64,000 nt of DNA from an uncultured Gammaproteobacteria bacterium (GTDB lineage Bacteria > Pseudomonadota > Gammaproteobacteria > Steroidobacterales > Steroidobacteraceae), in assembly GCA_963779985.1 (NCBI GenBank), contig CAVZZW010000004.1, positions 1,527,624-1,591,623 on the forward strand. Direction: 5' to 3'. A program made the translations under genes and the position numbers. A model generated the notes under the pieces. The model made no database searches, was not told the DNA's origin, and saw nothing but the letters and a program-made list of their open reading frames with translations. Numbering within the stretch: the stretch's first letter is position 1; the number at the start of each line of letters is the position of its first letter. Positions 52,649-60,132 of the stretch are shown here, one piece after another.

Positions 52649-53437
52649 TCAAGAGTTCTCCGAGATATTGGTCCCCCGGACGAGACGATCCGCTTCGAGC
52701 GGATCGTCTCGTTGGGGTCGATATGTCCATAGCGCATGCGCATCAGCCAACGCATGCACGAGGATCGGAAGTATCAGGTTGCCGCTCAAAATCGCCAGCA
52801 AACCCAAAATCGCTCCAACAATCGCCGTCCCGATAACCCCGTTGACTCCCTGGTAGAAGTGGCCGAGTCCAAACACCGCTGAACTGATCAACCATGCAGC
52901 GGTTAGGCTTAGCGGAATTCCTCCCTCGATTTTTCCCGACAGGAATTGCAGGAGGAAGCCTCGACAAAGCACTTCTTCGCAGATGCCTGCTGTCAGGCTA
53001 ATCAAAAGCCACCAACGCCTCTCCTCCTGCGTTACCGGCAGAAAGTAACGAAGTTTCTGAGCAGCCTTCGCGTACTTCAGTCTTCGAGCTGACGTAGATC
53101 CAAAATATGCCATTTGGACCAGGTATATGAATAGGATGCCGCCCAACAGTATATTTGCCGCCACCATCGCAGCATCAGAACCCAACAACCAAGGAATATC
53201 CGCGATACTGCGCTCCAACAGCAGAACATTGCCAGGAAGGGTTAGAGTGGCGGCAATTACGGCAGCGAGCCACGACCATAGAGCGAGCGACCGGTACACC
53301 GCCAGGCGCCCTGCGGAACTGGTAAACCGCTGTAAACGCTGCATTTCCCCTAAACCAACGAGCGGAAGGGATACAACCAAGACCACAGCAAATAGCTGCC
53401 GCAGGTGGGGAAACCAGTCGTGGATGATTGTCGACAT
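52649..53437 (-). CDS. CPBP (CAAX/Abi) family intramembrane metalloprotease
   Basis: Multi-TM protein with GICEEVLCRGFL, FGLGHFYQG and LVHALADA motifs. Confidence 0.75.
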   Translation of the reverse strand: MSTIIHDWFPHLRQLFAVVLVVSLPLVGLGEMQRLQRFTSSAGRLAVYRSLALWSWLAAVIAATLTLPGNVLLLERSIADIPWLLGSDAAMVAANILLGGILFIYLVQMAYFGSTSARRLKYAKAAQKLRYFLPVTQEERRWWLLISLTAGICEEVLCRGFLLQFLSGKIEGGIPLSLTAAWLISSAVFGLGHFYQGVNGVIGTAIVGAILGLLAILSGNLILPILVHALADAHALWTYRPQRDDPLEADRLVRGTNISENS

Positions 53438-53657
53438 TGGAACTCCGCTCTTCCGTAAGCAGTCGGCATCTGCGGGCGACTGCCCAGACATTATGGGTTC
53501 AGGAGTTAGTGGCGTAAAGCTCGTCGAATGCTAGGAGCACACAGTACGCGAGCGCGCTCCGGGTGTGACGAGTATCGCACAATCTGGAGTGTGTCTGCCC
53601 AGACGAGCCAAAGCGGCTCACATGCGATTTCTCGAACCGTAAAAGTTCAGTAGCTCG

Positions 53658-54101
53658 TTATTGAGTGATCTCTGGCTCGACGAGCTTGGCCAAGTTTCGC
53701 AGCGACTCTTGCCAGCCCAAGTAACAGGCTTCGACTGGGATGGCATCCGGCAGTCCTTCCTGCACGATGTTGACTTCCGTGCCGAACGAGACTTTCTTCA
53801 TCGTCACCGTCACTCGAATCTCACCGGGCAAATTCGGGTCCTCGAACTTGTCGGTGTAGCGCAAGCGCTCGTTGGGGATGAGCTCGACATACTGGCCACC
53901 GAACGAATGGCCATGGCCGGTGGTGAAATTCCGAAAGGACATCCTGTAGGAACCGCCCGCTTTCGGGTCCATGTGATGCACGGTGCAGGTGAAGCCATTC
54001 GGCGGAAGCCACTTAGCTATTGCGTCTGGCTCGATGAACGCACGATAGACCTTCTCGGGTTTGGTGGCCAAGACTCGATGGAGTCGCACGGTATTGGGCA
54101 T
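53658..54101 (-). CDS. SRPBCC / AHSA1-like protein
   Basis: MPNTVRLHRVLATKPEKVYRAFIEPDAIAKWLPPNGF..GGSYRMSF. ATG at 54101. Confidence 0.7.
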   Translation of the reverse strand: MPNTVRLHRVLATKPEKVYRAFIEPDAIAKWLPPNGFTCTVHHMDPKAGGSYRMSFRNFTTGHGHSFGGQYVELIPNERLRYTDKFEDPNLPGEIRVTVTMKKVSFGTEVNIVQEGLPDAIPVEACYLGWQESLRNLAKLVEPEITQ

Positions 54102-54215
54102 GTCAGTCTCCTCGGGTTTCGCGATCCGCGGTGTCGAAATCACAGCTCGATGATGCGGTGCGCGGGGATAGATTCCAAGTTTCCAGATCATCCCCTCGCA
54201 CCGTCGCGCGAACCA

Positions 54216-54580
54216 CTAAGCGCCTGGTATGGGCAGCACCGGCATGATCTCGACGGAATCGCCCGGGAAAATGGCAAAGTGCGGATGCTTGTCGAAGAGC
54301 TTCGCAGCCGCCTCGTGCGAATCCGCACGCACAACCGTGAATGCGCCCATGTGATTGCTGGTGTCGTCGATCCCCGTTGCGTGACCTTCTTGGTTTTCCC
54401 CAATGGCCCGCCCATGCTGACAATGGCGGCGTGATGCTTCTCGACCCACGCCTTCCAGGCCGCCATGCCTTCTCGTTCCTTCGCACGTCGATCGCCTTCG
54501 GGAAGAGCGTCCCAGGCTACTCGCCGCGGACTGGTTTTGCTGCCAAGGAACACGGCGAGATAGGTATTGTTGGCACTCAT
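54216..54580 (-). CDS. Small YCII-like (dimeric alpha/beta barrel-like) protein; frameshift near 54400
   Basis: MSANNTYLAVFLGSK..MAAWKAWVEKHHAAIVSMGGPLGKTKKV is in ORF 54188..54874. GIDDTSNHMGAFTVVRADSHEAAAKLFDKHPHF is in ORF 54216..54449. Confidence 0.45.
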
Positions 54581-54720
54581 GATCTCTCCTTCATTTTGCG
54601 CATTGCAGATTGGAACAACAATTCGATATAACCACGCAAATGAGCGATGCCCGCGGCCGCGATCGCCGGCCAAATCATTGCGCCCGATGCTGCCGCACGG
54701 TGCACCGATATTTTGACAGT

Positions 54721-55044
54721 CTACCGCACGCTGTGATCCGGCCTGCCAGACGGCACCGTCTTGGCCATCCGGCCGTGAATGGCGCTTTGGCGAATATCCT
54801 CGAACGTTTTCTCTACCACTTCGCGGCCGCCACGGCCCGTGTGATAGACGTTGGAGAGAAAGTACAGTGTGCAAATCGCCGCATCCGTGAACACAAAGAT
54901 CGAGTCCACGAGGTTGTTATCCTGAAAATTCGGCGAAGGTTCGCCACGATACACGAGTTCGCAATTCTTGAACGTGCAGCCATGAAATCCGCTGCCAGCC
55001 AGTTCCACGCGTTCGCCGGTGAATGTCTTGTCTTGGTAGAACAT
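54721..55044 (-). CDS. Hypothetical protein
   Basis: 107-aa ORF with reasonable composition. No motif recognised. Confidence 0.4.
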   Translation of the reverse strand: MFYQDKTFTGERVELAGSGFHGCTFKNCELVYRGEPSPNFQDNNLVDSIFVFTDAAICTLYFLSNVYHTGRGGREVVEKTFEDIRQSAIHGRMAKTVPSGRPDHSVR

Positions 55045-55149
55045 CTCAGCGCTCCTGATGGCGGATAGGGATATATAGACCCCGTAGTGGGGGCGCTGTC
55101 AAGGGAGCAGCCAGGTGCCCCCTTAGTGATCACGCGTTATAGTATGGAC

Positions 55150-56112
55150 TCAGCCGGCGAGTAACGCGCAATAGCGTGCAATGTCGACGTTGCCGCCGCT
55201 GATGATCACGCCGATGCGCTTGCCTTGCAGATCGGCTTTCATGGCACTGGCGGCGGCGAACCCGAGACAACCGGTGGGTTCGACTATGAGCTTCATGCGC
55301 TCGGCGAAAAAGCGCATGGTGTCGATGAGTTGCGTGTCGCTGACGGTGAGGATGTCGTCGACCTGGGCCCGAATAATTGGGAAGGTGTAATTTCCAAGGT
55401 GCTGGGTTTGCGCACCGTCGGCGATGGTGTTAGGTGTTTCTATATGGACGACGGCTCCGGAGCGGAACGACTGCTGGCCATCATTGCCGGCTTCCGGTTC
55501 GACGCCATAAAGCTTGCAGTGGGGCGACAGCGCTCGAGTCGCTAGCGCGGAGCCGGCGAGCAGGCCTCCGCCGCCTAGGCTGACAAACAGCGCATCGAGG
55601 GCCCCTACTTCCTCGAAGAGCTCTTTCGCGGCAGTTCCTTGGCCGGCGATCACGTCGGGATGGTCATAGGGAGGAATGAGCGTGAGGCCATGCTGGTGCG
55701 CGAGCGTGCGGCCGATTTGCTCGCGGTCTTCCGTGTAACGATCGTAAAAAACAACATTACCGCCGTACCCCTTAGTCGCAGCAACCTTACTGACCGGCGC
55801 GTCACGAGGCATGACGATGCTGGCGGGCATGCCGAGCAGGCGAGCAGAGAGTGCAATAGCTTGCGCGTGGTTTCCCGACGAGAAGGCGACAACACCAGCG
55901 CGGCGCTGCCGGGCGTCGAACTTCGATAGGGCATTGAATGCACCACGGAACTTGAAGGCACCCATGCGCTGCAAGTTTTCGCACTTGAAGAATACTTCGG
56001 CCGCGAAACCAGTGTTTGCCGTGCGCGAAGTCATCACGGGGGTGCGGTGAGCATGATGCCGAATGCTTTCGGCCGCGGCAACGACGTCATCGAAGGTCGG
56101 GAGGGTCAACAT
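55150..56112 (-). CDS. PLP-dependent threonine/serine dehydratase or racemase-like enzyme (fold type II)
   Basis: FFKCENLQRMGAFKFRGAFN (PLP Lys), SSGNHAQA, GGGGLLAG. Confidence 0.85.
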   Translation of the reverse strand: MLTLPTFDDVVAAAESIRHHAHRTPVMTSRTANTGFAAEVFFKCENLQRMGAFKFRGAFNALSKFDARQRRAGVVAFSSGNHAQAIALSARLLGMPASIVMPRDAPVSKVAATKGYGGNVVFYDRYTEDREQIGRTLAHQHGLTLIPPYDHPDVIAGQGTAAKELFEEVGALDALFVSLGGGGLLAGSALATRALSPHCKLYGVEPEAGNDGQQSFRSGAVVHIETPNTIADGAQTQHLGNYTFPIIRAQVDDILTVSDTQLIDTMRFFAERMKLIVEPTGCLGFAAASAMKADLQGKRIGVIISGGNVDIARYCALLAG

Positions 56113-56215
56113 AGTGAGGATTTCATGAAGTCAAAGTGGCGTCGTCGCCTTTACGGTAAGCGTCGTAGACGTCCTCTCCGTCGAAACACGCATCGCGGGC
56201 CGTACATTCGATGTG

Positions 56216-56614
56216 TTACTTGTGCTGCACGGCCGCCTCGGCATTGGTCTTGGCATCTGTGCGCGCCGCCTTGTAGTCGGCCTCCGCCTGGTCCTTGCAC
56301 GCCTTTTGAGCATCGCCGCTCAGCGATTCGCAAGTCGCCAGGGTCACTTTGCGGTTGCCATCGGCTTTTGCGACGGCCACATTGTAGCTTTGGTGTGCCG
56401 CGTCGTTGTTGAATTTAATTTCCTGGTCATTGACCTTCTCGTACGATTTATCCAGCGCGCTCTGAGCGCGTTCCTCGCTCTTCGTTAATTCGTTGTTCGC
56501 CTTCTGCTCGGCGTTGGCTATGTCTTTCGACACATCTTCCGGCGACTTCGACTTGTTACAGCCGGATAGCGCCAGAGCAGCAACCACGAAAATCGGCATC
56601 AGATATTCACGCAT
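56216..56614 (-). CDS. Lipoprotein, Lys/Ala/Glu-rich
   Basis: MREYLMPIFVVAALALSGC lipobox. ATG at 56614. Confidence 0.6.
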   Translation of the reverse strand: MREYLMPIFVVAALALSGCNKSKSPEDVSKDIANAEQKANNELTKSEERAQSALDKSYEKVNDQEIKFNNDAAHQSYNVAVAKADGNRKVTLATCESLSGDAQKACKDQAEADYKAARTDAKTNAEAAVQHK

Positions 56615-57022
56615 GTAATTTCCTCCTTGTTGCTGCGGACAGGCATCACTAGGATCGCTCGCAGCTACGCGACAGTCAACCAAGTTGTCGACTTCATATC
56701 TCCTCGCCCACGTCCAGCGACCCCGAACTCATGACCGGTCGGGACTTTGGCGTCGTGGCCGATGTTCGTCACAGAGACCCTGCGCCATCCGAGCGGCGTC
56801 GCCGTGCTCGCCAAGGTGACGGACGACTACGACAAGACCGGTCTCCCCGACCCGCTCGAACTTCGCTTCTATTTCACCCTCACAGGTGATGCGATCGCGC
56901 AGCTCGTGATCATTCCGACCAAAGGCCACTGAGCGGCACCAAGCAGCGCGAATCCGTCGGAATCATTCTTGCCATGGTCTTGTTGTCGTTCCTACCAGAG
57001 CTATGGCGAAAATACCTCTGAG

Positions 57023-57235
57023 CTAGTGACAGCAACCCCGCTGCTCTTGAATGGGTGGGCAAGCGACCGAGCCGTAAGAACAAAAAACGCAGCAGTCGCC
57101 GGCCTTCGGCTTGAGCAATGTCTTGCAACTCGTACACTCGTAGAAATACTGGCAAGCATCGGTGGGCATGATCTCCTGCCGTGCGTGGCCGCAACTCGGG
57201 CAAGTGAGCACGGACTCCAGGACTACGGTACTCAC
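57023..57235 (-). CDS. GDCCVxC-motif small metal-binding protein
   Basis: CPSCG..CQYFYECTSCK..GDCCVFCSYGSVACPP. The GTG start overlaps the merP stop. Confidence 0.75.
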   Translation of the reverse strand: MSTVVLESVLTCPSCGHARQEIMPTDACQYFYECTSCKTLLKPKAGDCCVFCSYGSVACPPIQEQRGCCH

Positions 57236-57531
57236 GGCTTGGCGATGAGCTTGGAGGGAAATCCCGCCGCGGTTGTCGCTAAAGTCAGCCGCGCCGTGCT
57301 CGCCTTATCCGGATCGAACGTCACGGTGGCCGTTTTCTTGTCAAAATCGACCGCGGCGGCACTCACGCCGGGAACCTTTTCCAGCGCCTTTTTGACGACG
57401 ATGGGACAAGTACCGCAAGTCATATTCTCAACGGCCAACGTGGCCGTCTGCGGAGGACCGGCGAAAACGACGCTGGCGGCGAGCAGCATGCCGGACAGCG
57501 GGAAGCTGGATACAAGGGAGACGCGACGCAT
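57232..57531 (-). CDS. merP: Periplasmic mercury-binding protein
   Basis: Signal peptide, then LAVENMTCGTCPIVVKKAL, the HMA fold with CxxC. An AGGAAA Shine-Dalgarno lies 5 nt upstream of ATG 57531. Confidence 0.85.
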   Translation of the reverse strand: MRRVSLVSSFPLSGMLLAASVVFAGPPQTATLAVENMTCGTCPIVVKKALEKVPGVSAAAVDFDKKTATVTFDPDKASTARLTLATTAAGFPSKLIAKP

Positions 57532-57541
57532 AGAATTTCCT

Positions 57542-57886
57542 TTAGCCAAAAAGTAACGGGGCGTACCAGGGGAAGGCGATGAGACCCGCGAGTCCCACGA
57601 CGACGATCCAAAATATCTGCCGCTGCCGCCGTTGCAGCCGTGGATTCGCGCAAGCCTCACCTGGGGCGCATCGAGCCGGCACGATATAGAGCTGGCGAAA
57701 CGCCAACCCCATGAAGACGAGCATCACGCCGATGAAAATGGGGCGATAGGGTTCCAGTGCAGTCAATTGGCTGATCCAGGCGCCACTGATACCGAGAGAG
57801 AGCAACACCAACGGCGCAACACAGCAAAGGGAGCCGACTATTGCGGCCAACACGCTGGCCCATAATTGCTTGGTTGCAGTCTGCAT
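57542..57886 (-). CDS. merT: Mercuric ion transporter
   Basis: MQTATKQLWASVLAAIVGSLCCVAPLVLL (TM1 Cys pair) and a second Cys pair in CAPGEAC. Confidence 0.85.
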   Translation of the reverse strand: MQTATKQLWASVLAAIVGSLCCVAPLVLLSLGISGAWISQLTALEPYRPIFIGVMLVFMGLAFRQLYIVPARCAPGEACANPRLQRRQRQIFWIVVVGLAGLIAFPWYAPLLFG

Positions 57887-57927
57887 GGGGTGTAGCCTAC
57901 ACCATGTACTTAGGTACGGAGTCAAGT
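57887..57927 (-). promoter_or_regulatory. mer operator/promoter
   Basis: The minus strand reads TTGACTCCGTACCTAAGTACATGGTGTAGGCT. It has a -35 TTGACT (57920-57925), an imperfect TCCGTAC-N4-GTAC dyad, and a long 19-20 nt spacer to a TAGGCT-like -10. This resembles the Tn501 merO as I recall it. Confidence 0.6.
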
Positions 57928-58332
57928 ATGACTGAGGCAAAGCTCACCATTGGTCACATTGCTGAAGCCGCCGGCGTGAACGTCGAGACCGTGCGCTACT
58001 ACCAACGGCGCGGACTTGTCAGCCTGCCGCCAAAACGCGTGCGCGGATTTCGGTACTACCCATCCGAGACCGCGAGTCGGGTGCGCTTCATCAAGCGGGC
58101 ACAGGCCCTTGGGATGTCACTGAAGGAAGTACAGCGTCTACTGAAGCTCGATACCAAAGGGGCGTGCAAGGAAAATCGCTCCCTCGCGGTGGCGAAACTT
58201 GCCCTGGTTGAGAAGAAGCTGTCGGAATTATCGCGGCTGCGCGATGTACTGCGGGATTTAGTGGCCGCGTGCGACCAACCTCATGGGGCAAGCTGCCCGA
58301 TCATTGAGCAATTGGAACGTGGGTTGACCTAG
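57928..58332 (+). CDS. merR: MerR mercury-responsive regulator
   Basis: LTIGHIAEAAGVNVETVRYYQRRGL HTH. Cys80, Cys115 and Cys123 have spacing like the Tn501 MerR metal ligands. Confidence 0.88.
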   Translation: MTEAKLTIGHIAEAAGVNVETVRYYQRRGLVSLPPKRVRGFRYYPSETASRVRFIKRAQALGMSLKEVQRLLKLDTKGACKENRSLAVAKLALVEKKLSELSRLRDVLRDLVAACDQPHGASCPIIEQLERGLT

Positions 58333-58378
58333 ACGATGGAATGCGGCTTCCACGCGCGTCGCCTCGGTCGTAACCCCG

Positions 58379-58825
58379 CTAGTCCGTCTCGGGCGGAGCG
58401 GCATCGACCCACGGGTTGAACACTGCAACGCGAGCCTTCTCGAAATCACTGGTGTCACGCGAGACGATCGTTAAGTCGTAATGCTGCGCTGTCGCGGCGA
58501 TGATGAGGTCCGGCTGCGAAAATGTATGGCCGATCTTGCGCCCCTCCTCGACTAGGAGCCTGCATTTGAGCATGACATCCTCGGTGATCGGTAGCATCCT
58601 CTGCTCGAACATTGGGCGCACCTTGTGGGCGAGCCAATCGTTGAGTTCGGAGCGGCGTGTTACGTCCGGCAAAACCTCAATGCCGAACCGAATCTCCGCC
58701 AACGTAACGACGCTGATATGGAGCAACTCCAGGGGTTGCTTGGCGACGAAGCCGACAACCTTGGGCTCCGGTTTCGGACGCCGCAGCTCGGACAGGATGT
58801 TCGTATCGAGCAGCCATCGAATCAC
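58379..58825 (-). CDS. vapC: PIN-domain toxin
   Basis: LLDTNILSE..TLAEIRFG..IIAATA..IVSRDTSDF (acidic PIN residues). Confidence 0.85.
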   Translation of the reverse strand: MIRWLLDTNILSELRRPKPEPKVVGFVAKQPLELLHISVVTLAEIRFGIEVLPDVTRRSELNDWLAHKVRPMFEQRMLPITEDVMLKCRLLVEEGRKIGHTFSQPDLIIAATAQHYDLTIVSRDTSDFEKARVAVFNPWVDAAPPETD

Positions 58826-59145
58826 AGCGATACATCGCGAACTGGCATCGTGTCGCGCGTCGGCGCGATCTCGATGTCGCGGTGAGGGGACGCCTGCATG
58901 GCTTCAATGAGTGCCTGGCCGGTCGCACCACCTTTGAGGCGGCGGAACTCCTCCGCCGCAATGACGACCACCTCATCGCGTCCATGCACGGTGACGTGCT
59001 GTGGTCCTTCGCTTCGTACCTTACGGACGAGCTCGCTGAAGCGGGCCTTGGCATCCTGCAAAAGCCAGTAGCCCGAACGTCCCTTAGGAGGGCGGGCCTT
59101 ACCGCCCTTCGACGTCGCCAGCTTCGATTTGGACGATCTAGTCAT
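58822..59145 (-). CDS. Phd/YefM-type antitoxin
   Basis: DAKARFSELVRKVRSEGPQHVTVHGRDEVVVIAAEEFRRL. Its stop overlaps the vapC start (ATGA). The start is uncertain; ATG 59145 was chosen. Confidence 0.7.
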   Translation of the reverse strand: MTRSSKSKLATSKGGKARPPKGRSGYWLLQDAKARFSELVRKVRSEGPQHVTVHGRDEVVVIAAEEFRRLKGGATGQALIEAMQASPHRDIEIAPTRDTMPVRDVSL

Positions 59146-59341
59146 TCTGACTAGATTAATCCAAAAGACCCGCTCGTTCAAGGAAAACTGCCTAGTTCTG
59201 TAAAGTAACAACAGACGTCTGGCACGTTCTGCAAGAGCATTGGCGTCTTTTGCTAGTTACGTCGACCCGCTCTGTGCTGTATTCTTCGATTTTGAAACAT
59301 CAGTAGTTTCGATCCCTGGCAGCCCTCCGTCTTATCAACGA

Positions 59342-59698
59342 TCACGCAAGTGCGGGGCGTGGCTCATTACGGCGCGCACGAGACTTCTGCACCGGCTGCA
59401 CGGTAAGGCGCAATCCAAAGGCCGACAGGATGACAGCGAGGGTATCCAGCCGCGGATTGCCCCGCTCGGAAAGTGTCCGGTACAGCGTCTCTCGGGAAAG
59501 CCCTGTTTTGTCAGCCAGCGAGGCCATACCCCCCACAGCATCGACGATGGTGCGTAGCGCAACGGGAACGGCGCGCGCGTAACCGTCCTCTAGCATTGCT
59601 TCAATGTACGCGGCCACCTCTGCCTCATTTCGCAGGTGTTCCGCCGCGATGAACGGGCGGCTTGGCGAGGCGGGCTTTGTAGTCTTTCCAGTACGCAT
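59342..59698 (-). CDS. HigA-like addiction-module antidote (HTH) protein, no toxin partner present
   Basis: AAYIEAMLEDG..ALRTIVDAVGGMASLADKTGLSRETLYRTLSERGNPRLDTLAVILSAFGLRL. Confidence 0.7.
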   Translation of the reverse strand: MRTGKTTKPASPSRPFIAAEHLRNEAEVAAYIEAMLEDGYARAVPVALRTIVDAVGGMASLADKTGLSRETLYRTLSERGNPRLDTLAVILSAFGLRLTVQPVQKSRARRNEPRPALA

Positions 59699-59726
59699 GG
59701 GAACGTATTGCGGTATCCGTCAGCAT

Positions 59727-59796
59727 TTTGGGGGCATGCGACCTTGGCAAAGTGCGGATGCCCCCAAATATGCCCCCTCTTTTCGCCAGCCGTCAA
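59727..59796 (-). promoter_or_regulatory. Putative sigma-70 promoter with overlapping palindromic operator for the antidote gene
   Basis: The minus strand has TTGACG (59791-59796), an 18-nt spacer, then CATATT (59767-59772). The palindrome is TTTGGGGGCATGCG (59727-59740) against CGGATGCCCCCAAA (59755-59768), with 1 mismatch. Confidence 0.35.
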
Positions 59797-59892
59797 GAAT
59801 CGTTTCCGGACACCTTTGGACGAAATAAGCCTTGATTTATAGGGTTTATCGCTTAATTTGTGGACGTCTGTGGACGTTCTTGGAAGGGGGAC

Positions 59893-59937
59893 TGGTGCCG
59901 CAAAGAGGATTCGAACCCCTGACCCACGCATTACGAA
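59893..59937 (-). other. 3' half of tRNA-Thr(CGU): anticodon loop through CCA; att-site remnant, not an intact tRNA
   Basis: The minus strand reads TTCGTAA TGCGT GGGTC AGGGG TTCGAAT CCTCT TTGCGGC A CCA. This aligns block by block with E. coli tRNA-Thr(CGU) as I recall it. The upstream 30 nt cannot form the acceptor, D or anticodon 5' strands. Confidence 0.75.
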
Positions 59938-60132
59938 AGGGATTTTGGCCAGATTCCGAACTGTTTACAGAACAAGGACTTGTCGCTAGCATTCGCCGTA
60001 ACTAATTGTTTTTGTTTAATATTTTAGTTGTACGGGGCGCGCCACACCACTCTCGCCTACGACCAACTTTTAATGACTTTGCACTTATAAGTGCAGTGAT
60101 TTCCGGATTGTGAGTCGTCCAACGATAAGGGG

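Noticed and set aside
56747-56932. 61-aa plus-strand ORF between the lipoprotein gene and the mer cluster, considered as a merA or NTF2-like remnant
   Set aside because: It has no reductase motifs (no CxxxxC redox pair and no FAD fold). It is too short to assign and may be a gene fragment.
59306-59328. GTTTCGATCCCTGGCAGCCCTCC, resembling a tRNA T-loop plus acceptor 3' strand on the plus strand
   Set aside because: The 5' T-stem partner is missing, the loop is one nt too long, there is no CCA, and no cloverleaf can be drawn. At best it is a badly decayed att scar, and I cannot support it from sequence alone.
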